64,000 nt of DNA, from contig CP145415.1 in the NCBI GenBank assembly GCA_036867785.1, forward strand, positions 248,001 through 312,000, read 5' to 3'. Positions 30,060 through 41,100 of this stretch are shown piece after piece. The position numbers were made by a program, and so were the translations under genes. Every line of letters begins with the position of its first letter. Positions within the stretch are counted from its first letter, which is position 1. This DNA comes from Plasmodiophora brassicae. Taxonomy: Eukaryota. The notes under the pieces are model-generated. The model did no database searches, had not been told where the DNA came from, and saw only the letters and a list, made by a program, of their open reading frames with translations.

Positions 30060-31108
30060 TCAAGTCGCCGGACGGAATCGGTCAGGCAGCGCGTGGCGAA
30101 CCTTGAGCGTGCCGAACAGGACGTCGATGAACACGTTGACCATGGCGAAGTTGACGTCGTCGAGGTGATGCAGGTAATGAACGGTGCGCAGCTCACGATA
30201 CCATGCGTAGGGTTCCAGTTCGAATCCGCGAATGTGGAACGATATGTGCAGGGCACTGCCCAGCAACGCCATGATGATATACCCGGCCAGCACGAACGCC
30301 GTCGTCGCCGACGACGTGCCGATGAATTGACGTCCGATTGCCTGTTGCGTCACTCGCGTATTAGGCGTTCGTCCCGTAAGCACCAGGAAATCCTACCAGG
30401 ATAAGGAACATGCCGACGGCCAGTGGTCCCTCGTGATGCCAACTCGACGTCGTGCTCAGGAACGGGTTCAACAAGTCCAGTAGCGTCGGTGTCCCATTCG
30501 GGTAGAATCGTCGAACCGCCCGCGTCACGTCACCGTAGAAGTCACGCGGCGGGAAGCTGTGATGATGGTGCACCTAGGCATTTCGTTAGCAAGGAATTTG
30601 CAGAACGACGTGGACCCGAGACGAAAACCATGTGAATGCGATGCATTTCGCCTTTGGTGTGGTGCGCGGCCAGATGCCATAGGTAGAAGGCGAGTAGGCC
30701 GGCAGCGTAGTATCCCGGGACGGTCCACAGCGAGCATCCCGTTGCCAAGCTGGTCAACGCGGAGAACGCCGACAGGAACGCGACCATAGCGCCAAGCGGC
30801 CGCCACAAGTTCATGACCTCGCCATTCAATGCCATCTGGTCACCGTATCCTCGTCGGGTGCTCTCGGCTTGATCTCCGTATCGCGGCACAGCGCTGGTTT
30901 CCCTCATTGATTCCATCAGGCGCTTCATGGCCCAGCTCGACACGACCAGTTGAAGAAACGGGACCCTCGGGACGCCGTCCGGCAGCATTGTCACCGAGGC
31001 CACGAGAGCAGCCACGATACTGTCCCTGAGGAACGGCGCCCGCGACGGATGCGCCAGCGTCTGACGGATGGCGTCCAACCCTATGCCGGCAGCGTGAGAA
31101 TGTGCCAT
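30060..31108 (-). CDS. Fatty-acid hydroxylase/sterol desaturase superfamily membrane protein, multi-exon
   Basis: His boxes WHLAAH, HMxHH..FPP, HISFH and HYLHH, the tail NFAMVNVFIDVLFGT, and hydrophobic segments. Confidence 0.8.
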
Positions 31109-32352
31109 TACGTTCCAATTCGGGACGAACCTCGGACGGCAACACTAAGCAGTTGGGAAGCAGGCACCGGACCGTCAACGACATCGGTACGTAGTGTTGT
31201 CTAGGGCGGCCGCGGCGAGGACTGCGCTGGCAAGCACAATCATTACCTTGATGGACACCATCGTACGCCCCTATAGAAGAGGACGGGCGGCTGCAGATTG
31301 CAATCTAATATCTCAATGAGGCGACAGTCCTCGACGCCGCCGCACAACACGGTGCTGGCGGCCGCCCAAACAGATCTGCGACAGAAAACCCCGCTTTTAG
31401 AAACGCGCAGATACGCGGTTTTCGACGGTTCGCCTGACGAACTTCGTTGCTGGTCAGAGGAATATCGATCAGCATTGGGGCAAGAAGCCACCATTTAAAG
31501 ACACTACACGTAGGCGGTGACGAAGATGTGGCACCCGTGGTCCACTATGCTGTCGCGGCCGGCCAGGACGCCATGTTCAGCAACGACCACGAGGAGCGAT
31601 TTCCTTGTGGGATTCGTCTTATCTCAATCGATTTGTGAAGACCGGTTGTGCAACCTTTGGCGTGGGGTTCATGGAAATGGTCCGAATACACAGCAACGAC
31701 GCACTGCAGTCATTTTTTGGGTTGCCCTTGCGGAGTCGGACGATGGCGCCTGCGTCGGGCAGTTCGAGGGCGCTTCAGGTCGCGTTGACGAAGCGATTCA
31801 ACGTGACTGATGGTTGGTATACTCGCTCAAGAACCAAGTCGCCTTGCCTGGTGTCGGAGGACGAATTCTTTCAAATACGCTGCAACGCCGGTTGACCAGC
31901 CACATCGCAGCAACAGATCGACCGGATGCTGAAGACGCGACGTTGCAGGAACCTCCCGGAGTGATTTTGTCATATCTCTATGATCAGACCAGCCCTCCCA
32001 GTGCTCGTTGAGTTCAGCAACGTGGCTCTGCCAGCCATCGAGGCCCTAACGGATGAGGCTGAAGTTCTCAGGTTCGTTATTTCAGGTTCGCAGCCTGGCA
32101 TTTCGTGTAACTGACCGGCATTTAGGTTGATCGGAATTGGTGTCTGGCCATGCATCTTTACAACGGATCTGATGGTCGACGCTACGTACGATGATACCCT
32201 GGAGACCAAATGTGGCGTCGATAAGGCGAGGTTCGATGTCAACAACAAGATCCGATATCCCAAGTCGAAGCTTGGATTTCAGGCTAAATACGTGTCCCAT
32301 TTAATTTGCTGTGCCAGGTATGTGGCCTCAACGCATGCATTGCCTTCAGGTG

Positions 32353-33014
32353 GCGCGTGTAGTGACTGTACGGGATCTCCGCTTATACATACTGTCTGTC
32401 AAGTACTGGACGCATCAGACTGCACTAAAAGACCAAGACAGAACGTTGCCAAGTCTGAATAGCATTCGGCGCGAGCTCTCGTCGAGGGAAGCGTTCGGGT
32501 CAGGTCAGGAATTTGTCCGCCGAGGTGACGACCTTTGGGGCACTCTTGTCGGGAAAGGGCGTGGAAGAACAGCGCACCAACCTCAGCAAGCAAGCTGCAC
32601 AAGCGAAGATTCCCAAAGGACGTGCTCTGCCTTTCTTCAGCAATGACGATGGATGGCTGCTGAAGTTTACTCAATTGCTTCGGCCCGGATCACGTCAGTG
32701 TTTTGGAACGCACAGAATGGAGAAGGTAACCGTGGAGGAAGGACATCGGCAAGCGCTCTTACCGTATGAAGCCGGGTGAGAGGGAAGAACGGTCACTGTG
32801 CGCTGTTCTTCACGCCCCTTCCAGACAAGAGTGCCCCAAGGTCGTCACCTCGGCGGACAAATTTCTGACCTGCCTCGATTACAAAGTCTTCGCTTCCGTC
32901 GACGACAGCTCACGCCGAATGCTCTTCAGACTTGGCAACGTTCTGTTTTGGTCTTTTAATGCAGTCTGATACGTCCAGTACTTGAGGAGATCCCGTACAG
33001 TCATTACTCGCGCG
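32353..33014. repeat. Long inverted repeat (arms about 220 bp, 32353-32577 and 32798-33014)
   Basis: Arms align at roughly 90% by eye, apart from two block indels. Example: TCAAGTACTGGACG.ATCAGACTGCA.TAAAAGACCAA.ACAGAACGTTGCCAAGTCTGAA occurs on both strands. Confidence 0.95.
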
Positions 33015-33979
33015 CGTACCCATGATCAGCCACGTCGGGACCGGATCAGGGCTTCACAGGCAAACGTCTGGATTCCCCAGAACTGGCACTCCGCTGGGCC
33101 CGGTCGGAGCACTTTCCGCGCGGGCGCGAAACAGATAAACAATCATCAGTGACGAACGTGTCTGTACATCGACATAGCTTATGTAACTCGTGATATTCGT
33201 CGGAGGGGACATCGGCCGCACCAGGGTGCTGCGAGCAGGGCTAGGTTCCCAGACGCCGACAGTCGACCTCGGCCCATTAGTGTCACGACATTGATCGAAG
33301 CCCTGGGACGCTCCTTCTGGCGTTCCAGAAAGTCGACTATTATGGCGGCTGCCACCAACCGTGAGGGATCATCTCCGAAGGGCACATGTCGCTGGCCTTC
33401 CTATTGTTTGTCCCCTTGCGCAGGTGCAGGCCAAGCAACGTATGGAAGATTTCATTCAACCGCATATCGGGTTGACCGACGCAGCCCTCGACCCGTTATT
33501 GACGTTTGCGACTCGCACGACGCGCTTCGGAAGTCAGGTCATAGCGGGTTTGGCACTGCTGGGCACCATCGATCGACGCGAATGCCCTAACTGAAATGGC
33601 TGTAAACTGCTCCAGCCGCTGCTAATTTGGCGATCGCTGAATGCCTGAATCTGATGTCTGATGGCGCAGTCGCGCCGGGTTGGCACATTCGCAATCAAAA
33701 ACCCCAATGAGGCTGATCAAGACGATCGGCCGCGCAACGAAGCTTCCCTTCCGGGACCGGCCCCGCATTGAAAAAGTCTATACACCAGTGATGCGTGGCG
33801 GTCACCTCGGGCGCCCCCGGCACCCGCAGCAGTTACGCGGATTTCGATTGCGCGTCGGTCGGTGCGTGGTCGGGTCGTCAGTCGTCACGTCACCTGGCTG
33901 GTCATTTTGGGATTGGTCTGTTTGGGGCGCGGGGGTGGTGCTGCGCAGGTGGCTCCTGTTGGGGGCGCGCCCCACCGAA

Positions 33980-36900
33980 ATGCTGCTCGGGCTGCTGTCG
34001 CGACGCTTCTGCCAGTACGTCCTGAAGCGCCTGTTCGGGCAGTTCCTCGACGGAGGCGACCTGGGCGACCTGCGCCTGCTCGACGCCGACGTCGTCTCGA
34101 TTCGCAATGTGGCGCTGCGCATCCCGCGTGTCGGGCGTTGGCGCGCGCGACACGCCGTTATCGGCCATGTGAAGGCGGTGATCCCGTGGCGGTCACTGCT
34201 GTCCGGTTCATGTTCGCTCGAACTGCACCGGGTCGAGATCGACCTCCACATGGACGACGACGACGGTGATGATGTCACGGACGCGCCGTCGTCGTCGTCG
34301 GGGAGTTCTCCAACGGCGCCGTCGAATGACATGGAATCTGCTCTGCGGCAAACGCTGGCCGAGTCGCTTGTATTCCGGGACGACGGCGTGGGCCCCGACC
34401 TCGCTTCCGGGTCGGCCCCCGGCAACGCCGCCGTCGACGCCATCGCGGGTTGCATCGAAGGAATTCTTCGCGAAACGGCTGTCTCCGCCATCGACGTCAC
34501 CGTTCGTCTGCATTTTCCCAACGGGCCCACGCTGACCGTCGCGATTCCCGCCATCGCCTATGCGGATCTATCTGACACGCTTCGGCACGACGTTTCATTC
34601 CCGAACGGGATGTCGGCGTCGATTGGCTCGAATGCCATTGCGTCGACGTCTGCGCCGTGTCGCGTGATGCTCGACGAGCGCAGCGGTGTGGTTACCTTCG
34701 ATGGCCGCCTCGATGTGTCATCGGATGTTGCTGGCCTCGGGCACGCTCGAGAATTGCTTAACGTTGCACTTCGTAACGGCGCTGGCCCTGCGTCGCCCGT
34801 TTCTGTTATGTCCTCGCCCGGACACGATGTGCACCCGCTGACGGCTAGCGAGGTCGTTCGAGCGCATGCCGATTTGGCAGCGGCCATGTCGTCTTCAATG
34901 CGCTCGACAGGGGGCGATGTGTTCTACGATTGTGTCTCCGTTGGCAGTTCGCAGCCGCCAGCCCGACAATGGTCTCTTACGACCGCATCCGTACACGTTG
35001 TCATTGGCGACGCCGCATCTGGTGTCGAGGTTCTCGCCTCGATGGTTCGTGCCTCCGGGTCAACTGTATCTGTGGATGAGGTTGCAGTTCGACGAGGCCC
35101 TGCCACGATTGCCACCATCCCGCACCTGGGATTGTCTGTCGCTGATGTGGTCAGCGTCGACATCCCCGACGCTGTACGGCTCGCTGTTTCCAGCGACGAC
35201 GTTGTCCACCTTCGGGCTCTGTCGCACTTGATCTTGTCCGCTTCGTCGATTGCCGACGCATCGTCATTGTCGCCTTCATCGTCGATGCGTCCTGTTGCGG
35301 TTTCATTCGGACCTGTGGATATCGGCTACGATTCGAACCGCTTCCGGTGCAAGTCGGGGAGAATCCAATGCGATTTGGGAGCCGATCGCGCGTTTCGTGT
35401 CGTTCTGTCTCGGTGGCATTTCTCCCTGGGTGATGGCGTCGTCGCCGAGGCGCCTGACGACGCCCAGATCGGTATCGTGTGGCGGCGCGACTCTAAGCCG
35501 TTGCCTGCGCTTCCGCGACTTCAGACGAGGCCGCCCGTCCCATTCCGCGTCTGGGAAGGCGATTCGACAACGTCTTCTACGGACGACCCGGTTGCCCACT
35601 TCCGGAAGGAGTATGCGGACTCATCCCAGGTGAACATTACTGCCGCATTTGGCGACGTTGCCATCCGCATCAACGACGGCCTAGAACGTGTTTGGCAACC
35701 ATCATCAGGTGGCCATTCCTTCGTATCTTCTTTGTCAATGTCTTCTGATTTTTCGTTGGCACGGCTTCGTCTGTTTTCTCGATTGGGGTCACTGGAGGCG
35801 CAGTCGTGCGACTTGTTCGTGACGTCCTCACCACGATTTGCTGTCGTGACGTGTTCGCGTATAACAGCCCTCGACGACACCAGGGTCGTTATCGTATCCT
35901 CATCCTCGTCCATCGCTCCATCGGATTCCATTCCGTGCCTGACTGTCACGTCGTCCCCATCGCAACTCCTCGTCAGCGCCTCTAGTGTGTTCGTCCGCTT
36001 GACGCCAGACATTGTCGAATATGCTTATGGCTTCTTCCGAACAATCCACAATGGGAACGGGTCGTCCAAGTATGCGCCGGCCAAGTCGGTTGATGTGCAC
36101 GTGAACGCACTGGATTGTGCCGTCGAAGTCATTCGTGACGCCGTCCCTGTTGTCGCGGATATCAACCGCATCCGCCTGCTGGCGATCATTGGCAACCTGT
36201 CGTTTGGGAACGCCAGCTCCACGTTGACGCTGTCGGGTCGCGACTTATCGGCTCATGTTGCACTCGGGGATGGCCTCCTTCCCACCTGCCCAGACCCACA
36301 TGCTGGCCACGACGTCGATTCCGTCGCCGCACGGGGGTTCGCCACGTTCGCCTCCGTCGACGCAGTCGACCTGTCCATCGACGACAAGACGTGCCTGAAC
36401 ATTGGACGTATCGGGGTCACCTGCTGCTCTGATACGCTGACGGCGCTGATCGCTGCTGTGTCTTCGACGTCGCCAGCAACGTCGCCGTCGAGCCGGCTGG
36501 ACGTTCCCGACAATGATGCAAAGGAACCCGATCTGCATGCTGTTCGTGACGTCCGCGTCGAAGTGCATGACATGCTGGCGCTTTCCGCCGCCGTTACAGC
36601 GAAGCTCCGACTGGACTTTGACGAGGATGATGATGATGATGCGGATGAGGATTTCGCCAGAGCCCACCTTGCGGTCACTGATGACACGTACCTGGGCGGC
36701 AGTCACCCGGACACGAGCACCGAGCACGCGTCTGAACCGACATGGTTCAACGGCGGTCAGCCGGATCTGGTCGATGACTACTTTGCGGCTGCCTCCGAAC
36801 CAGCCTCGGATGGTGACCACCAGGTCGTCATCAGCGTTTCCAGGTTCGCATGGCGTATCTTTAGTGGGTCGGATTTCCCGTCTCAACCACCACTGGCGTC

Positions 36901-38146
36901 GTCGTCATCGTCCTCGTCACTACCCAACGGCGGTTCTGGTTCGCTCGACCAGCACTTCTACCGTCCGGCAGGTTCGCCGGGGCCTCGCGCGGCCGCCATG
37001 TCGAAACGCGGCCGGGACAGCGTCGAACTTCAAATCGTCGACATTCACGTGAGGCACAACGTCCAAGGCGTTCATCGCACGCGCGCGTCGATGCGCTCTG
37101 TTCGCGTCGCCGACGACGTAGTCGACTCGCGTTACCAAGTGCTGATTGACGCGTCCGCACGTCCATCCACGTTAGATCTGGAATGGGTCCGGGTGCGCAC
37201 CTGGCCCAGCGACGCCGAGCTACGTGCACGTGTTGCTCTCGCACCGCTTGTCTTCAGCGTCGACGGGGAGACGGTCCGCTTTCTCACCGCGTTCGTCGCC
37301 GACGCCGACGGGCGTGTCACGTCGAGGGCCGTCGAGAACGACGTTGTCCAGCTGGAAGCCGTTCGCGTCCGTGTCGCGTACGTCCAGTGGTTCCACATCG
37401 CGTGCACGCCGGTGACGATCAGTTACCGCCCGCGACCCGTGGACATCGCCGGTGTTCGCGCGTCCGACATCCTCGGCATTCTGGCCCTGATCCCGGTCGA
37501 GGGCGTCCGCCTGCAGCTTCAACCCGTCGAGCTTCGCGGCATCGCCGGTCTGGATCGCCTGCCCGCCGCGCTCTGCAATGCCTGGGCGGCCGACATTGTC
37601 GCCAACCAGACGCAGGCCTACATCGCCGGCATCCAGCCGTTCCGGTCGCTCGTCAACGTCGGCGGCGCGCTTCGCGATCTCGTGTTCGTCCCTGCCCTGC
37701 AACTCGTTCGACAGGGCGACGAGCGGGTTCCTGCGGCGAGGCTGACGCCAGCGCAGGCGGCGCGACAGGTCACCATGGAGACGGTCAACCTGATGATGAC
37801 GCTGGTCGGTGGAGCACACAGCGTTCTGTCCGCTGTCGAGGACGCCGTTTCGCCACAGTCGACGCCGGGTCGGCGACGACGGCGACGGCGGCAGGAAAGC
37901 CGGCGCCCGCATGGGTTCAAGGACGGGTGCCGGCAGGCGTACGCGTCGCTGGCCGTCGGCGTTCGTGCCGCCTGCGAGAGTCTGGTCGGCGTACCGTCTG
38001 GGGACTGGCCGGCCGCCGTTCCGCGTGTCGTCCTGGAGCCTGCGCTGGGTGCCACTCGCGCCCTGAACCAGACGCTGCAGGGCCTGCGGGCATCGCTGGA
38101 CCCGGCCCCGGCGCCTGCAACCGACCCTGATCGTGCTTCTCGATAG
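33980..38146 (+). CDS. ATG2: Autophagy-related protein 2
   Basis: Chorein-N-like start (RFCQYVLKRLFGQFL...IGHVKAVIPWRSL) and ATG2 C-terminal signature (YRPRPVDI...AWAADIVANQ...GIQPFRSLVNVGGALRDLVFVP). Confidence 0.92.
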   Translation: MLLGLLSRRFCQYVLKRLFGQFLDGGDLGDLRLLDADVVSIRNVALRIPRVGRWRARHAVIGHVKAVIPWRSLLSGSCSLELHRVEIDLHMDDDDGDDVTDAPSSSSGSSPTAPSNDMESALRQTLAESLVFRDDGVGPDLASGSAPGNAAVDAIAGCIEGILRETAVSAIDVTVRLHFPNGPTLTVAIPAIAYADLSDTLRHDVSFPNGMSASIGSNAIASTSAPCRVMLDERSGVVTFDGRLDVSSDVAGLGHARELLNVALRNGAGPASPVSVMSSPGHDVHPLTASEVVRAHADLAAAMSSSMRSTGGDVFYDCVSVGSSQPPARQWSLTTASVHVVIGDAASGVEVLASMVRASGSTVSVDEVAVRRGPATIATIPHLGLSVADVVSVDIPDAVRLAVSSDDVVHLRALSHLILSASSIADASSLSPSSSMRPVAVSFGPVDIGYDSNRFRCKSGRIQCDLGADRAFRVVLSRWHFSLGDGVVAEAPDDAQIGIVWRRDSKPLPALPRLQTRPPVPFRVWEGDSTTSSTDDPVAHFRKEYADSSQVNITAAFGDVAIRINDGLERVWQPSSGGHSFVSSLSMSSDFSLARLRLFSRLGSLEAQSCDLFVTSSPRFAVVTCSRITALDDTRVVIVSSSSSIAPSDSIPCLTVTSSPSQLLVSASSVFVRLTPDIVEYAYGFFRTIHNGNGSSKYAPAKSVDVHVNALDCAVEVIRDAVPVVADINRIRLLAIIGNLSFGNASSTLTLSGRDLSAHVALGDGLLPTCPDPHAGHDVDSVAARGFATFASVDAVDLSIDDKTCLNIGRIGVTCCSDTLTALIAAVSSTSPATSPSSRLDVPDNDAKEPDLHAVRDVRVEVHDMLALSAAVTAKLRLDFDEDDDDDADEDFARAHLAVTDDTYLGGSHPDTSTEHASEPTWFNGGQPDLVDDYFAAASEPASDGDHQVVISVSRFAWRIFSGSDFPSQPPLASSSSSSSLPNGGSGSLDQHFYRPAGSPGPRAAAMSKRGRDSVELQIVDIHVRHNVQGVHRTRASMRSVRVADDVVDSRYQVLIDASARPSTLDLEWVRVRTWPSDAELRARVALAPLVFSVDGETVRFLTAFVADADGRVTSRAVENDVVQLEAVRVRVAYVQWFHIACTPVTISYRPRPVDIAGVRASDILGILALIPVEGVRLQLQPVELRGIAGLDRLPAALCNAWAADIVANQTQAYIAGIQPFRSLVNVGGALRDLVFVPALQLVRQGDERVPAARLTPAQAARQVTMETVNLMMTLVGGAHSVLSAVEDAVSPQSTPGRRRRRRRQESRRPHGFKDGCRQAYASLAVGVRAACESLVGVPSGDWPAAVPRVVLEPALGATRALNQTLQGLRASLDPAPAPATDPDRASR

Positions 38147-38196
38147 CATGGTTTCGTCGTGTATTGGTACCATTTCGCCCGGGACGTGAACATGTG

Positions 38197-41100
38197 TCAG
38201 AGGTTGTCGGCATCGTGGCCCGGGTCGGGTGATGCGAGAACGTGCGCGACAACGACAGTCATATCGTCAGGTTTCCCACCGGGGAGCGACCAGTCGCTGT
38301 ACGTGCTGCTGAATGGTGTCGCGACCATTGTCGGGGCGTAAGCCTTGGTTGAGGCCATCTCCAGAATCGCGTCCGCCAGGCGATCGACGTTGTCGTGGTG
38401 CCGTCGGGCAAGCGCCAGCAGTTCCCTCTAAAATGTATCGCCTCAGTCGCCCCGGGTCGGATGTCATGGAGGTGGCGACAGACCGGGAACACATTGTCGA
38501 GAATGCCATCAGTCGCAGCAATGACCAAGTCGCCCGGTTGCACCAGGGCGTAGCTGTACGAGACCTCGTCGGAGTACCTGTCCAGTGGGAAGTCGAGCTG
38601 ACAAGGCACCATACTACTGCGTCAGTGTGATCAGCGAGTTAGCATCCGCCGCGAGGACATCCAGGTGTAGCGGTGCCTAACTCTGGGTGGTATTGCGGCT
38701 CCAACTTGAACACAAAGTCGAGTTCGTTGGTCCGGTCGCTCTTGCGGATAATGAGCGCTACGCAGTCGCCAACGTGGGCGAAATCCAGCACGCCGTCCAA
38801 CTGCGGGTTTAGCGACGCACCTATACCCCTGATCGGACCCCGCGAACGTACAATTATTGTACGTTCAACTTTGACCCATCGGAAATTTTTTGTGTCTTGA
38901 CGAAAATCGCCGTTGTTTCTCCCTGAGATAAACAGCGTCCCACACAGTATGCCTTTGAAAGAACGAGGAAATTACATCACTGGTAAAGAAGGAACTCGAT
39001 GTCGAAAATTGGCCAAATCAGGTCACCCCGGGGTCGGCTTATTTTAGCTATCGTACAACTATTGTACGCTGAAGGGGGGAACGTACAATAATTGTACGTT
39101 GGGAATGCGGTGACAAATGAGTGAATTGGAAAGAGTTCATTGAGTTCAAACAGATCCGATTGATCGCTTACGACCCCGGCGGCTTGACTGTGCGGGCTCT
39201 TCTCGCCTGCGAATCGTCCTGGACGAGTGGAATAACTCGTAGCAGGTTTTCTGGTTGCGACTGTGCTTGGTCGAGCACAGGTTGACCGTGCAGGATTGGC
39301 AATAGCTCGTGGTACGGCCACCGCAGACGACACACGAACGAGATGGCCCGCTCCCCGACCAATGGGTAAGGTCGTTGCTGATGGTCAATCGGAACGTTGC
39401 CATGTCTGCCCTGTTAAAGAAGCCGAGCTTGTTGTAGCGCGGTACGCGCGGAGGGTCCAGACCGCTCGGCCTGGCAATGCAGGCTTCTCCCACGACGAGT
39501 TCTCCCGACGTCATTCTCTGCGAGGGCACCCAGTGTGTGGCGACGTCACAGAGGAAGTCGCTGAATGATTTCTGGTAATTGAGGAACGCCTTCCACTTAT
39601 GATAGCTGCTGAAATCGGAGCACATGTCCGAATTCAGAAGCAGGCGATGTAGCATGTGGGCGTTCAGCAACGACGACATGATAAACCGGACGTTAATGAA
39701 ACCTCTCGGCGTCAGGGACCGGAAGTCGACCTTGACGTTCTTCAGTTGCCGCGATACGACGTCCTGGCCGCCTTTGCAGTGGTTCCACATGGACACCACG
39801 TGGGGAACAACGTCGTGGAGAGGCGGAAGCGCTTGACCTTCCTCCCTTCGTTTCAGTATTGCACTCGCGAGATCGCGCCAAAGCGTGAACGTTGATGCGT
39901 CAACAGCATGACCGAAGACGTGCGGCGGATAGCTTGCAAGTGCTCTTTCCGTCAGCAACGGCTGCAGTTCGGCATCTAGGCGGGCGATCATTGCTTGGTA
40001 CTGCTGCAGACATTCCGGGCTGAACGATACAAGCGCCGCGTAGACGATCGTTTGGCCTGATGCATTAACGAACAGCGCTGTGTTGCATGTTGTCGTCGCG
40101 CAGTGGTGCAGCAACTGTCCACGATACGCGGCCGTCCAGACGGTCGTCTTGAACAGGGGAGAGCGAGCGTCGAATTCGAACATGCGACAGTTGCTGTCAC
40201 CGACGATGTCCCTGGCGCTCTGCAATCGCGATCTGGCCTCGCGTTCCGTCGAGTTCTCCGTCGCCGTCTTGAACTCAATCACGCAGACAAGCGACGATAC
40301 AACGACGTCATCGACGACTCTGTGGAGAACAGTGGCCCCATCGATGGACGTCGCCAGAACGGGAACTTCGCGGCTCTGAAGGAGACCGCGATGAACGATT
40401 TCGCCGTTCGCGACAGACCAACCGCTGCCGTATATGTCCATCCAGGAAGAAAGCGCCGTCGAGATGTGAACCTCGTTGGCGGATCCCACTTTCATTCCTG
40501 GGCTTCGAACGGGCTTCATGAACCATAGCTTCAGCAGCTTGGTCATGAGCTTGACGCTGGCCATCGATTCGAAAATGCGGTCAACCAGTACCGGCTTGGG
40601 GGCGGACGAGACACGCGTTAAGTTCAGGGACGCCGCCAAGTCCTTCAGCTCATGGACGGTCTTTGCGTTAAGCTCGTCTCGAGTAAACTCAACGATCGGC
40701 GGTTCCTCGGCGTCATCAGCAATGTCAATGTACAGGCTTTGCAGAAGCTCAATCTCTCCTTCAGTGAGCGACCGAGCGAATGCACGGACGACAGCTGCTG
40801 CCAAAGTCGATGTGACCTTCGAGCAGCCAGTGCGAACGATGTGCCAATCATGCCCGCCTTGAGCGTCACTCAGTGCAACGACGTGGTCGTCGATGGCTTC
40901 TTGGATCAAATGAGACCCCGGAAGGGACGGGAGCCACTTCTGTCCATTCTTCGCGGTATACACCCACGAAGTGAAGTTCGATCTGCTTGTAACCATAGTG
41001 ACGACACGACCTCTGCCTGATCGGAACGCCACAGCGTACAAGGTTCGTTCGCCGTACTTGCGTTTGGCGACGTAGAGGGATTTCGCTCCAGCTTCCGCGA

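Noticed and set aside
31200-32350. Short broken ORFs as an identifiable pseudogene or viral insert
   Set aside because: No motif that I could recognise, so they are left unannotated.
32353-33014. G:U-biased mismatches as evidence of selection on RNA structure
   Set aside because: Transitions compatible with G:U split about evenly between the two strands, so there is no support.
33680-33979. N-terminal extension of ATG2
   Set aside because: Non-ATG start. Chorein-N similarity begins at ATG 33980.
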